Source: Candidatus Doudnabacteria bacterium | Lineage (GTDB): Bacteria > Patescibacteriota > Doudnabacteria > UBA920 > O2-02-FULL-48-8 | DNA: 64,000 nucleotides | Direction of reading: 5' to 3' | Assembly (NCBI GenBank): GCA_016186915.1 | Contig: JACPKU010000004.1 | Span: 3,168-67,167, forward strand | Shown: positions 28,939 through 39,629 of the stretch, in pieces | Numbering within the stretch: position 1 is the stretch's first letter | How the letters are laid out: the number at the start of each line of letters is the position of its first letter | The notes under the pieces: model-generated | The model's database searches: none | Told to the model about the DNA's origin: nothing | Seen by the model: only the letters and a program-made list of their open reading frames with translations | Translations under genes and position numbers: made by a program

Positions 28939-29972
28939 TATAACAATCTCTGATTTTTGCCTGGAGGAAATTTTTTTAAGTGTTCCATGGCTGCAGGGGT
29001 AGCGGTCCGGCCTTTGGGCGTGCGCATTATCAGCCCCAGCCTTAGCAGATAAGGCTCATAAATATCTTCAATAGTGCCGATGTCTTCAGAAGCAGCTGCG
29101 GCTAAAGAAGACACCCCCACCGGCCCGCCGCCGAATTTGTCGATCAACACTTCCAAGATTCTGCGATCGTTCGCATCCAAGCCCAACTCGTCTACTTCCA
29201 TCATACTCAGGGCTTGTTTTGCGATTTCTTTACTGATTTTCCCCTGTGCTTTTACTTGGGCAAAGTCCCTGACCCGTTTGAGCAAGCGGTTGGCTACTCT
29301 GGGCGTGCGGCGCGAGCGGGACGCGATTGCTTTGTGTCCCGCCTCATCAATTTTAATTTTCAAAATTTTGGCGGCGCGTTCCAAGATTTTTTCTATCTCC
29401 GGCTCTTCGTAATAGTCCAGGCGATACGTCATCCCAAACCGGTCTCTTAAGGGCGCCGAGAGCATGCCCACCCTGGTGGTAGCGCCAATTAAAGTAAATT
29501 TTGGCAGATCCAATCTGACGGCTTTGGCCCCTGCACCCTTGCCCAAGACAATGTCCAAGGCGTAGTCTTCCATGGCCGGATACAAAATTTCTTCCACGGT
29601 TTTGTTGAGCCTGTGGATCTCATCAATAAACAAAACATCATTGGCTTCAAGGTTGGTTAACAGCGCCGCCAGATCGCCGGCTTTTTCAATCGCAGGACCA
29701 GAAGTGACTTTAATGTTGCTCCCGATTTCTCTGGCCACAATGTGGGCGAGGGTGGTTTTGCCCAAGCCCGGCGGGCCATAAAGCATAATGTGTTCGAGTG
29801 TGTCCTTGCGGCCGAGAGCGGCATCAATCAAAATTTTGAGATTTTCTTTGATTTTTTCCTGTCCCACGTATTCAGCCAAACTTTGGGGGCGCAGGGTCGC
29901 TTCGAAAAAACTCTCTTCTTGGATTTGTTTGGGATTGGCGAGGTTGGTTTCCGGGGTGTCTTGGTTGATCAT
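28938..29972 (-). CDS. ruvB: Holliday junction branch migration helicase
   Basis: [32 protein letters not shown]. Confidence 0.98.
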   Translation of the reverse strand: MINQDTPETNLANPKQIQEESFFEATLRPQSLAEYVGQEKIKENLKILIDAALGRKDTLEHIMLYGPPGLGKTTLAHIVAREIGSNIKVTSGPAIEKAGDLAALLTNLEANDVLFIDEIHRLNKTVEEILYPAMEDYALDIVLGKGAGAKAVRLDLPKFTLIGATTRVGMLSAPLRDRFGMTYRLDYYEEPEIEKILERAAKILKIKIDEAGHKAIASRSRRTPRVANRLLKRVRDFAQVKAQGKISKEIAKQALSMMEVDELGLDANDRRILEVLIDKFGGGPVGVSSLAAAASEDIGTIEDIYEPYLLRLGLIMRTPKGRTATPAAMEHLKKFPPGKNQRLL

Positions 29973-30009
29973 AAAAATAGTAATCAGGAAACAGGAAATA
30001 GCAACCAGA

Positions 30010-31497
30010 TCATTTTATCTGGCGGAGGAAATTGAGGGTGAAGTACACGCCCCAACCAGTGGCACCCGCTGGCAGATGGGGTTTGGGTCTGGTGTTCCAA
30101 GCCGTGCCGGCAATATCCAGATGAATCCAAGGTGTTTCTCCCACAAAGCTTGCTAGAAAAAGGGCCGCGGTAGAGGAGCCAGCATGGGAATTTTCCGCAA
30201 CATTTTTAATGTCTGCGGTTTGGCTTTTGAGCTGGTCTTTGTAGCTCGGGGCCAGAGGCAGCGGCCAGTATAATTCGCTGCTCTGTTTGGAGGCTTGTTT
30301 GATCGTGCTGTCAAAGGTCGAAGCGCGGTTGGTAAAATAGCCGGTGTAGTCAGAGCCCAGAGCAACAACCACCGCACCAGTGAGGGTGGCATAGTCCACG
30401 ATCAGTTGCGGATCGTAATGTTTTTTGGCATAACTTATGGCATCTGCCAAGATTAGGCGGCCTTCTGCGTCAGTGTTGATCACTTCCACGGTTTTGCCAG
30501 AGTGGGAGCGGAGAATATCACCAGGCTTGACTGCTTTGCCAGAGAGCAGGTTTTCCGAAGCCGGGACGAGTCCGACTAAATGTATGGGCAGTTTCATGCT
30601 TGCCACGGCTTCGAAAATTCCCAGTACCGTGGCTCCGCCGCACATATCATATTTCATTTCTTCCAATTTTTCCGAAGGCTTAATGGAAATGCCACCGCTG
30701 TCAAAAGTTAAGCCTTTGCCGACCAAGACAATGGGTTGGGATTGCTTGAGGGTCTTTTTGCCAGGGGGCAAGTATTCCATGACTATAAATCTGGGCGGTT
30801 CATCGGAGCCAGCGGAAACACCCATAAGCAAACCCATCCCCTCTTTTTTAATTTGAGCCGGGTTAAGTACCCGGATTTTAAAGCGGTATTTTTTGGCAAG
30901 TTTTGTGGCGTGAGCCGCCAGATGTGTGGGAGTGGCCACATTGCCCGGATGATTGGCCAGGTCTCGGGCGTTGTTTGCGGCCAGACCAATGTTTGTGCCC
31001 TGCTCCAGAGCTTTCAGAAGCGTTACGGCAGTGGTTTTGGCCAGCACATAAACATTTTCCAAAGTTTTCTTCTTTTCTTTGGAATCTTCTTGCTTATAAT
31101 AGGTAAATTTATAGGTGCCGAAAGTCAGGGCAAATCCCGTCAACTCAAGGTAGGAAGCAAGATCAGGTTTTTTTATGACAGGCAGAACCAACCCAATGTT
31201 CTCCACGCCCAAGTTTTGGCAAGCACTGACTGCTGTTTGTATGGCCTGGCGCCAGGCGGCTTGGCTAAACAAGGATTTTTTGCCAAGCCCGACCAGCAGC
31301 AGCCGCTGACATTCATCCGTGTTGGGATAGACTAAATAGGTTGTGCCAAACTTGTTTTTATAATCCTGTTTGACGAGGTTAAGCAGTCCTGCGTCTTTGA
31401 CCAAAGGTTTCAGGCTGGCAACGAAGTCCTGATCCGCGAACACAGGCAGGATAATCAAGTCAAGGTTGTTGGGTAATTTTTTAGTTAGAGTAATCAT
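30010..31497 (-). CDS. pepA: leucyl aminopeptidase (M17)
   Basis: [38 protein letters not shown]. Confidence 0.95.
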   Translation of the reverse strand: MITLTKKLPNNLDLIILPVFADQDFVASLKPLVKDAGLLNLVKQDYKNKFGTTYLVYPNTDECQRLLLVGLGKKSLFSQAAWRQAIQTAVSACQNLGVENIGLVLPVIKKPDLASYLELTGFALTFGTYKFTYYKQEDSKEKKKTLENVYVLAKTTAVTLLKALEQGTNIGLAANNARDLANHPGNVATPTHLAAHATKLAKKYRFKIRVLNPAQIKKEGMGLLMGVSAGSDEPPRFIVMEYLPPGKKTLKQSQPIVLVGKGLTFDSGGISIKPSEKLEEMKYDMCGGATVLGIFEAVASMKLPIHLVGLVPASENLLSGKAVKPGDILRSHSGKTVEVINTDAEGRLILADAISYAKKHYDPQLIVDYATLTGAVVVALGSDYTGYFTNRASTFDSTIKQASKQSSELYWPLPLAPSYKDQLKSQTADIKNVAENSHAGSSTAALFLASFVGETPWIHLDIAGTAWNTRPKPHLPAGATGWGVYFTLNFLRQIK

Positions 31498-32654
31498 TGG
31501 GCTTGTTCGGGGTTGTTAATGGTTTCGTCTGCGCTATTTTTTTCCGCGTCAGGATTGGGGATGTTTGATTCTACCACTGATTCTTGTTTGTAGAGGTCTG
31601 GACTGCGGTAGTTGCTGTAAAAAGTATCCTCTAAAATCTCCCCGTTGATGCTGACTTTTCTGCCCCAGGCTGACTTCATAGCGCCGTTTGCTTGGCGGTC
31701 GTAGGAATAAGGAGTACTTAATTCTACCACTCGATCGTCTTTTGTGCCATAGAAGTCATAATAGAGTTTACTGCCTTCCACCCGGGTTTGGATGAGCAGG
31801 TGGCTCGGCAGATTGTTAATAAATCGAAAGTCAACGACACCCGGATAAATTGTGGCATCTGTGCCCTGCGGAGCATAGTATTGAACAGCAAACGAATGAT
31901 TTCTGCGTTCGGTAATAGGCAAGCCGGCATTCATGACTGCCCGAAACACTGTAGTTGACACTTGGCATAACCCCCCGCCGAATTCTTTTTTCAGCCCGTC
32001 TTGTTTGATCACCAGTTCAGGCAAAAAGCCATTAGTCGCGTCCACGTCTCCCAGAAATTTATTAAAACCAAACTCTTCTCCGGGAGCCAAAACCAAACCG
32101 TTATATTTTTCCGCGCCAACCCTGATATTGTGTACACGGTTGGCTGGGGAGCCGGCAAAATTGGACTCGCCCACCGCCACCAGTTCGTTGATGCCCAATT
32201 CGTTGGTGTCAGCAAGGGCGACCGGTGGTTTAGAAATAATTATTGAAAGCGGGACCGGATCAGTCCCAGACAAAATGGCTTGATAGAGCGCAAAGGTGTC
32301 CAGAATTTGGCCATTTTGTCCAGGTTCGAATTTTTTTGCTCGCAGATTTTCAATCACCAGTTCCGCAGACTTGCTGGGCTGATTAAGCGCTTCGGAAACT
32401 TCTAAAATTTTCCCCAAGCTGGCATTGTCCAGAGTCGGAGCAGTGTTTAAAGAAGCTTGGTTCAATAAAATTTCCTTTGCCTTAAGGCGCAAATCGAAGT
32501 TGTTGCGCACGGAAAAAATCTTAGCTTGTTCAGCGTATTTAACTTCTACTTCCCAAGTTTGGTCATCAAACACAAGCCCGGTTGCCGCGACTGTTGCAGG
32601 CAACAGGAACAGGGAGGCAAAGATAAAAATTTTAAGTATTGTAGCTTGTGACAT
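31494..32654 (-). CDS. VanW family protein
   Basis: NRVHNI, PGEEF.FN, GGGLCQVSTT, ERRNHS, GTDATIY. Confidence 0.9.
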   Translation of the reverse strand: MSQATILKIFIFASLFLLPATVAATGLVFDDQTWEVEVKYAEQAKIFSVRNNFDLRLKAKEILLNQASLNTAPTLDNASLGKILEVSEALNQPSKSAELVIENLRAKKFEPGQNGQILDTFALYQAILSGTDPVPLSIIISKPPVALADTNELGINELVAVGESNFAGSPANRVHNIRVGAEKYNGLVLAPGEEFGFNKFLGDVDATNGFLPELVIKQDGLKKEFGGGLCQVSTTVFRAVMNAGLPITERRNHSFAVQYYAPQGTDATIYPGVVDFRFINNLPSHLLIQTRVEGSKLYYDFYGTKDDRVVELSTPYSYDRQANGAMKSAWGRKVSINGEILEDTFYSNYRSPDLYKQESVVESNIPNPDAEKNSADETINNPEQAQ

Positions 32655-33051
32655 TTCTTCGGTTATTGCTAATAATTTTAAACTTGAGAATTAGATCGCA
32701 GGCTTTTAAAATTTTGGGAAACTTGTCCGCCCATTCGATCAAGATGATCCGGTTCTTTCCGGCCAAAAGTTCTTTGACCCCCAACTCCTCCAATTCAGAC
32801 AAGTGATTGAGTCTGTAAAAATCTAAATGGAACAGTTGGCGGTTTTGGAAACCATACACCGAGAGAATTGTAAAGCTCGGGCTTTTCAGTTTTTTGATTT
32901 TCAGCGCCTTGGCAAAACTTTTGGCAAACGTGGTCTTGCCGCTGCCTAAGTTGCCGACCAAGCCAATCACGATATCGCGTTTTTGATAGTTCAATCCTAG
33001 TTTGAAGGCCAAGGCCTGAAGCTCGCTCAAGCTTAAATTTTGATACAGCAT
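32632..33051 (-). CDS. tsaE: t6A biosynthesis ATPase TsaE
   Basis: GNLGSGKTTF, SPSF, HLDFYRL, IEWA. Confidence 0.92.
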   Translation of the reverse strand: MLYQNLSLSELQALAFKLGLNYQKRDIVIGLVGNLGSGKTTFAKSFAKALKIKKLKSPSFTILSVYGFQNRQLFHLDFYRLNHLSELEELGVKELLAGKNRIILIEWADKFPKILKACDLILKFKIISNNRRNVTSYNT

Positions 33052-33182
33052 TTTGTGGTTTTCTTTAGTTATTTTAGCATTTTTTGCCATTTAAGTCGAG
33101 GGTATCAGTGCGGTTTTGGCAGCGGCGGTTGACAGGCGAGAATAAAGGTTGTATATTAATAAGATTTAGTTTTAGAAGTTTT

Positions 33183-34316
33183 ATGATAGACGAGATGGTT
33201 CAGCCAATAATTGATAAATTGAATGGTTCCACCAAGGTTTTGATCGTCCTGCCCCAGCAACCCGGCGGAGATGATCTGGGTGCTGCCTTGGCGCTTTCAG
33301 GGTATCTAAAAAAACTTGGCAAAGAAATAACCATAATCAGCCCTACCACCACCAGCCCCAGGTTTAATTTTTTGCCCGGGTATCAGGACATTGTCCGATC
33401 AATAAAGCTTAATAGAAGTTTTGTGATTGATGTGAACACCAAACAGACCACGGTCGAGGAGCTAAGCTATTCGCAGGAGCCGGACAAGGTTTCCATCTAT
33501 CTTAAACCCAAGCAGGGAGAGTTCAGTAAAGAGGACGTCTCTTTTCGCAGTCTGGGCTATGCGTTTGATGTGGTCATTACCCTTGGGGTCGCTTCCCCGG
33601 AGCACCTAGGAGAATTTTATAATCGAACCACAGAATTATTTTTTGGCACACCGGTGATTAATATCGACCACCAGGCCTACAATGAGAACTTCGCGCAGTT
33701 TAATTTGGTGGATCTGAGCGCGTCTTCTTGCTCAGAAATAGTTTTTGACCTAATGAAAAAACTGGCTCCCGTTCAAATTGACCAGGACACAGCCACCAAT
33801 CTTTTGACCGGCATTATTATTGAAACCAACAGCTTCCAGCATACCCGCACCACGCCGCAGGCTTTTTCCAAGGCTTCGGAATTGATTGGCTTGGGAGCCA
33901 GACAGCAGGAGATCATTAACGCCCTTTTCAAAAATAAAAGCTTGGGCCTGCTCAAACTTTGGGGCCGGGTACTGGCCAGGCTCAAACAAGATCCGGCCAT
34001 CAGGCTGGTTCATTCGGTGTCGGCGCTTACCGACTTGGAAAAGTCAGAAGCCAGCGAAGAAGACATTCAGCAAATCATCAAAGAGATGATGAACCAGCTA
34101 AGCTTTGCCAGATTGTTTGTGTTTATCAGAGAGATTGATGATTTACATTCGGAAATTCATTCAGCCACCACAGCACCTGTCAGTCTGTCTGCAATGTTTG
34201 CCGCGTTTAAGCCGGAAGTGTTGGGGCAAACCACCCGGTTTATCATGCCTTTGGGGCTAAACGAGGCCGAGGGAGAGATTTTAAATATTTTGCGAGCCGA
34301 AATGGGCAAATCCTAG
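33183..34316 (+). CDS. DHH-family (NrnA-like) protein, degenerate
   Basis: GDDLGAALAL, INIDHQ, SSCSE, LLTGII.ETNSF. Confidence 0.75.
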   Translation: MIDEMVQPIIDKLNGSTKVLIVLPQQPGGDDLGAALALSGYLKKLGKEITIISPTTTSPRFNFLPGYQDIVRSIKLNRSFVIDVNTKQTTVEELSYSQEPDKVSIYLKPKQGEFSKEDVSFRSLGYAFDVVITLGVASPEHLGEFYNRTTELFFGTPVINIDHQAYNENFAQFNLVDLSASSCSEIVFDLMKKLAPVQIDQDTATNLLTGIIIETNSFQHTRTTPQAFSKASELIGLGARQQEIINALFKNKSLGLLKLWGRVLARLKQDPAIRLVHSVSALTDLEKSEASEEDIQQIIKEMMNQLSFARLFVFIREIDDLHSEIHSATTAPVSLSAMFAAFKPEVLGQTTRFIMPLGLNEAEGEILNILRAEMGKS

Positions 34317-34382
34317 GTCATTGGTGATTTAGGATTTTTTTAGTATACTTAAAACAAAAGAACTACTAATTGAGACAAAAAT

Positions 34383-35977
34383 ATGCTTACTCCAAACGAT
34401 CGGAGTATCAGGATTAAGCAGGTTTATTCCGAGCTTGATAGAAAATTCGAAGAAGAACGGACCCAAAACCAGGCGCAGAATTTGGGGGTATCTTATATTA
34501 GCCTCTACGGGTTTCCGATTGATCACAATGTCTTGGGCATGATTTCCAAAGAAACCGCAGAGGCTACTGGTGTAATCGCGTTTTATAAGGAAGGGCGAAA
34601 CATTAAACTCGGCGCGCTTAACCCGTCGTCGGAGGTTAATAAGGTAGTTGAAGGTTTAAAGGCCAATAGCTTTTATGTCCAGCTTTATCTGATTTCGCAG
34701 AGCAGTTTTGAACACGCCTTAACTTTTTATAACCGGATTGTGAAAGCAGACAGGAAGTCGCAGGACATAAAGATTGAAGACAAGGTTTCGGAAGTAAAAA
34801 TCAATTCTTTAAAAGAGCTGGCAAATAAATTGTATAACGTGTCAGCCACGGAACTGATCCAGCTGGTTTTGGGATCGGCCCTGCCGGTAGACGCGTCTGA
34901 CATTCATCTAGAGCCGGGCGTTTCCAGCATCAAGGTGCGCTTCCGAATTGATGGCGTGTTGCAGGATGTCGCCACCTTGCCGAAAGATGAGTATCATCAA
35001 TTGGTTTCCCGAATTAAAATTTTGTCAAAACTCAAGTTAAATATAGTGACCAGTCCGCAAGACGGCAGTTTTAGTTTGACTTATAACCAGCAACCGGTGG
35101 ACATTCGCGTGTCTGTTTTGCCTTCGGCTTTCGGTGAGTCTTTCGTGCTTCGGATCTTGCGGCAGGACAAACAGGAGCTGAAGTTTGACGACTTGGGCAT
35201 TAGCGGGCTGGCGCAGAAAAATTTATTGGAACAGATGCGCAAACCCAATGGCATGATTTTAACCACCTGTCCCACTGGCAGCGGCAAGACCAGATTATTA
35301 CCTTGGAAGACCCCGTGGAGTATAGGATTCCAGGAGTCACCCAAACCCCGGTTGATAAAAAGGGAGGGTTAAGCTTTGCTCAGGGCTTGCGCGCTATCGT
35401 CAGGCAAGACCCAGACATTGTGATGGTGGGCGAGATGAGGGATCTAGAAACCGCAGAAACCGCAGCGCAAGCAGCGCTGACTGGACACATTGTGCTGTCC
35501 ACCCTGCATACCAATGACGCGGCTAGCGCCATCCCCAGGCTTTTGGATTTGGGGGTGAAGCCGTTTGTTTTGGCTCCCGCTATCAATGCAGTGATTGGTC
35601 AGCGGTTGGTGCGCCGCATTTGTTCGGCGTGCAAGACAGAATACACGCCGGAAAAAAATTTACTGGCCCGGGCCGAGCTGATTTTAAGCGGAATTTCCAA
35701 AACCGCCAAAGTAAAACTGCCGGCCAAACTGATTTTTTACCACAGTACTGGCTGTGAGGCCTGCAAAGGACTGGGCTACAAAGGCCGGGTGGGCGTATAC
35801 GAGGTATTTGTGGTGAATGAAGCAGTGGAAAAATTGATTCATCAGCAAGCCATTACCACGGAAATAAAAAGGCAAGCGGTAACTGATGGCATGGTGACCA
35901 TGGCGCAAGATGGACTGCTGAAAGCCCTGGCCGGAATCACCGATGTTGAAGAAGTGTTCCGGGTGACCGAGGAATAG
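34383..35977 (+). pseudogene. GspE/PilB type IV pilus ATPase, frameshifted by an internal deletion (ORFs 34383-35372 and 35303-35977)
   Basis: [26 protein letters not shown]; then, in another frame, [28 protein letters not shown] and the Cys4 motif. Confidence 0.8.
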
Positions 35978-36069
35978 CAAAAGAATACAGAATACAGAAT
36001 ATAGAATTTGGAATTTAGAAAAAAATTAAAAAATCGCGGAACCGGCGTTTTAATATCTAATTTTTCCTG

Positions 36070-36107
36070 ATGTTTATAATTATAACGATCGTTATAATTA
36101 TAAACAT
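36070..36107. repeat. perfect 38-bp palindrome
   Basis: ATGTTTATAATTATAACGA|TCGTTATAATTATAAACAT with no spacer. Confidence 0.9.
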
Positions 36108-36163
36108 GTTGCCGTAGGGGCACCTGTCTACCGTCAGGCAGGGTTTTTTGGTATGATTAATTT

Positions 36164-36715
36164 ATGAATGAACACAAATTTAATCCTGAAAAACAACCAG
36201 CCGCGAAAGCCGGTCAAATATTTGATGCTTCCCCTGAAGATGCCAGAGCAATTGCTGTCATCAGAAAACGAGGATGGGAAACCACATATGTAGATGAGGA
36301 GAAAGGAATAACGCGAGCAGATATTGATAGTCGGGGGATGGACGATGAAGACCGAATACAAAGGCACCAAGAGAGATTAAAAGAACCAAGCGAAAACGCG
36401 CATACCTGGGTCGTGAAAGTTGAGAGCCAGGTCGTGGGATTTTGCGAAGCGGTAAGCGGAGATTATAATGAAATTAAAGCAGTTTACATCCTACCAGAAT
36501 TTCAATCACAGGGCCATGGTCAGCAGCTTATGCAACAAGCCATAGAATGGATAGGACGAGATAAGGATATTTATCTGGACGTGGTGGACTTCAATACCCG
36601 AGCCATAGAGCTGTATAAGAGATTAGGTTTTGAGCTGACAGATAAAAGAGAGTTCGTGCAGTTTAAATCGGGCAAATTTATGCAAGTATTGGTAATGATA
36701 AAAAGACATGACTAA
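36164..36715 (+). CDS. GNAT family N-acetyltransferase
   Basis: YILPEFQSQGHGQQL, N.RAI.LYKRLGF. Confidence 0.9.
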   Translation: MNEHKFNPEKQPAAKAGQIFDASPEDARAIAVIRKRGWETTYVDEEKGITRADIDSRGMDDEDRIQRHQERLKEPSENAHTWVVKVESQVVGFCEAVSGDYNEIKAVYILPEFQSQGHGQQLMQQAIEWIGRDKDIYLDVVDFNTRAIELYKRLGFELTDKREFVQFKSGKFMQVLVMIKRHD

Positions 36716-37616
36716 GGAATTTCAGAAAAAATTGATTCTGATTGATGGACACGCGTTACTACACCGCGCTTATCACGCCCTTCCGGAAATGAACGGGCCG
36801 GACGGATTCCCCACGGGTGCGATCTTTGGGTTTTTATCAATGCTGTTTAAAGCGCTTGCAGACATTAAGCCTACCCATGCGTTAGTGACTTTTGATGTGC
36901 CCGGGCCGACTTTTCGTGATAAATTGGCCGCGGATTATAAAGCTACTAGAAAACCCACGCCAGATGACCTGACTGCGCAGCTCCCTAAATTGAAGGAAAT
37001 TTTAGAAGCCTTGGAAATTCCCGTCTATGAAAAAGCTGGGTATGAGGCAGATGATTTACTAGGAATCATTTCTCACAAAACCCCTAAGGATGTTTTAAAT
37101 ATTATTGTCACTGGCGATTTGGATATGTTGCAGTTGATTAACAGCAACACCCAAGTTTATCGGTTTAAAATTGGCTTTTCTGACATTCAAGTTTTTGATG
37201 AAAATAAAATGCTGGAGATTTATGGGCTGAAACCTTCGCAGTGGGTGGACTACAAAGCCATTCGAGGCGATACCTCGGACAATATTCCCGGGGTCAAAGG
37301 CATTGGGGAAAAGGGTGCTATGGATTTAATCAAAACCTTTGGCAGTTTGGATGGCGTGTATGCCGCGGCAGAATCAGGCAGCAGTAAGATTAAGCCGGCC
37401 ACTTTGAAAAAATTATTAGCTGACAAAAACAGCGCTTATTTGTCCCAAAAACTGGCGAACATTGATCGAAAAGGTGATTTGTCCGCCGAAGGCGGATCCG
37501 CCTTCGGCGGAGATTTTTACTTTGAACAATGCAAGCTTGGCAACTATAATAAAGACAACGTGATCAAACTCCTGCACGGTCTTGGCATCAAGGCCTTAAC
37601 TAACCGTCTACCCTAA
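36708..37616 (+). CDS. polA: 5'-3' exonuclease (N-terminal half of a split DNA polymerase I)
   Basis: LIDG..LLHRAYHA, YKATR, GYEADD, TGDLD, GDTSDNIPGVKGIGEK. Confidence 0.9.
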   Translation: MTKEFQKKLILIDGHALLHRAYHALPEMNGPDGFPTGAIFGFLSMLFKALADIKPTHALVTFDVPGPTFRDKLAADYKATRKPTPDDLTAQLPKLKEILEALEIPVYEKAGYEADDLLGIISHKTPKDVLNIIVTGDLDMLQLINSNTQVYRFKIGFSDIQVFDENKMLEIYGLKPSQWVDYKAIRGDTSDNIPGVKGIGEKGAMDLIKTFGSLDGVYAAAESGSSKIKPATLKKLLADKNSAYLSQKLANIDRKGDLSAEGGSAFGGDFYFEQCKLGNYNKDNVIKLLHGLGIKALTNRLP

Positions 37617-37628
37617 GGTATATTTCAC

Positions 37629-37707
37629 CATCGCGAGCCCCGACGTTACAGTCGGAGCGCGGCAATCCCTTGGTGAGATTGCTTCGGCGCAAGCTGCTCG
37701 CAAAGAC
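37629..37707. repeat. REP/RPE-like inverted pair with a nested CCGAC..GTCGG hairpin between the polA halves
   Basis: CATCGCGAG...GGCAATC / GAGATTGC...CTCGCAAAGAC. Confidence 0.6.
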
Positions 37708-37714
37708 AAGAACT

Positions 37715-39178
37715 ATGATTATCAAGAACAAAGAACAAGCAATAATCGCAGGCTATCTTCTCAACCCGGGCCAAAGGCATTACCAAGTCGGCGGTCCGGC
37801 ATCTTGGAAGCACTTATTTAGTAAGCTTAGAGTCAAAAAGCTGCTGAAAATATTCGAAGAGATTGAATTGCCACTGATGCCAGTCTTGGCCAAAATGGAA
37901 AAAAGAGGTATTAAACTTGATCTCAAACAGCTGCGACAGTTGAGCAAAAAATTAACCAGCCGGATAGACAAGCTGACCAAACAAATTTATCGCCAAGCCG
38001 GCAAAAAGTTTAATGTTGCTTCTCCGATTCAACTGCGGGATGTGTTGTTTGAGCACTTGAAGATTCCAACAGAAAACTTGCGCAAAACCGGCAAAACCAA
38101 AGCTTTGTCCACGGCGGCCACAGAACTGGAAAAGTTGCGGGAATTGCACCCGATTATTGATTTGATTTTGGAATATCGAGAACTGACCAAGCTGAAATCC
38201 ACTTATGTCGATGCCTTGCCGGAACTGGTGGGGGCGGACGGCAGATTGCATACCAAATACAGTCAGACGGTGGCGGCCACGGGGAGGCTTTCTTCCTCTG
38301 ATCCCAATTTACAAAACATCCCAATTCGTACCGAGCTTGGCAACCAGGTGCGCAAAGCTTTTGTGGCAGAAAAGGGATTTGTCTTAGCTTCTCTGGATTA
38401 TTCCCAAATTGAACTGCGCATTGCCGCCACCTTATCAGGCGATAAAGAAATGATCAAGATTTTCTCCGCCGGAGGCGGATCCGCCTTTGGCGGAAAAGAC
38501 GGCGATTTTCACGCCTCCACCGCTTCGAGAATTTTTGACACTCCTGAGTCAAAAGTAACACCCAGACAGCGCCGGGACGCCAAGACCATCAATTTCAGTG
38601 TGCTTTACGGCGTGTCGGCTTTTGGCTTATCCTCCCGCTCTGAAATGAGCCAAGCCGAGGCCCGGGATTATATCAACAAATATTATGAGGTGTTTAAAGA
38701 TTTAAAAAAATATATAGACACCACAATCAAACAAGCGCATGAAGATGAATTTGTGACTAATCCTTTGGGACGGATCAGAAATTTTGCCGAGATTAATTCG
38801 CCTGTTTATCCAATCCGAGCTGCGGCAGAGCGCGCGGCGTTTAATATGCCGCTCCAATCTTTGGCCGCTGACATCATGAAAATGGCCATGATTCGTATAG
38901 ATGAATTTTTGCAAAATTCATCTATCTCTGATTTAATCTCCCCCTCGGGGGGAGATGCCGCCAAAGGCGACAGAGAGGGGAAAACTGCTGTAAACGACGA
39001 GTGTCGCTTACTCCTGTCAGTGCATGATGAATTGGTGTTTGAAATTAAAAAAGGCAAAGAAAAACAATACTTGCCGAAAATCAAAAAAATTATGGAAACG
39101 GTTTATCAATTATCAGTGCCAGTAACGGTGGATGTAAAAGTGGGAAAGAACTGGATGGAGATGAAAGAATTGGAATAG
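37715..39178 (+). CDS. polA: DNA polymerase I, polymerase domain (C-terminal half)
   Basis: TGRLSSSDPNLQNIP, DYSQIELR, R..AK.INF..LYG, VHDEL. Confidence 0.92.
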   Translation: MIIKNKEQAIIAGYLLNPGQRHYQVGGPASWKHLFSKLRVKKLLKIFEEIELPLMPVLAKMEKRGIKLDLKQLRQLSKKLTSRIDKLTKQIYRQAGKKFNVASPIQLRDVLFEHLKIPTENLRKTGKTKALSTAATELEKLRELHPIIDLILEYRELTKLKSTYVDALPELVGADGRLHTKYSQTVAATGRLSSSDPNLQNIPIRTELGNQVRKAFVAEKGFVLASLDYSQIELRIAATLSGDKEMIKIFSAGGGSAFGGKDGDFHASTASRIFDTPESKVTPRQRRDAKTINFSVLYGVSAFGLSSRSEMSQAEARDYINKYYEVFKDLKKYIDTTIKQAHEDEFVTNPLGRIRNFAEINSPVYPIRAAAERAAFNMPLQSLAADIMKMAMIRIDEFLQNSSISDLISPSGGDAAKGDREGKTAVNDECRLLLSVHDELVFEIKKGKEKQYLPKIKKIMETVYQLSVPVTVDVKVGKNWMEMKELE

Positions 39179-39209
39179 TGAATGTGGAATATAGAAAAAC
39201 CGCCTAAGG

Positions 39210-39482
39210 TTAGGCGGCTTTTTTGTTAGAGGCAATTAATTTGCTCAATCTCGATTTATGACGGTTGGCGTTGTTTTTCTTTATTATGCCTTTCTTGGCG
39301 GCCTTGTCATAGGCTGAGAAGACGTTCTCCAAGGCTTTTCTAGCTTCTTCCAACTTTCCAGCAGTTGTTAATTTTTTAAATTGCTTAACAGCTGCTTTGA
39401 CTTTGTTCTGGGTAAGAAGATTGAATTTTCGTCTTTTTAGATTTTGTCTGGCGGCCTTGATGGCGGATTTGGTGGTGGGCAT
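39210..39482 (-). CDS. rpsT: 30S ribosomal protein S20
   Basis: MPTTKSAIKAARQ, DKAAKKGIIKKNNANRHKSRL. Confidence 0.95.
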   Translation of the reverse strand: MPTTKSAIKAARQNLKRRKFNLLTQNKVKAAVKQFKKLTTAGKLEEARKALENVFSAYDKAAKKGIIKKNNANRHKSRLSKLIASNKKAA

Positions 39483-39629
39483 ATATTTAGTGAGTAGTTA
39501 GTAGTTTGTAGTGAGTAGAAAACAAGTAAAATAAGATCCAGCTAAGTCTAACAAAAGATAGGTGACAAATCAAGAGGCGGAGGGGGGCTGAAAGTTGATG
39601 GTTCAGCCCCCTAACTTGGCAGTCATGGT

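Noticed and set aside
35280-35372. Programmed ribosomal frameshift in the pilB-like gene
   Set aside because: A conserved segment is physically missing and there is no slippery site, so a frameshift would not restore the protein
37670-37714. ORF-track start of the second polA half (MVRLLRRKLL...)
   Set aside because: This stretch is the repeat element; ATG 37715 is the more plausible start
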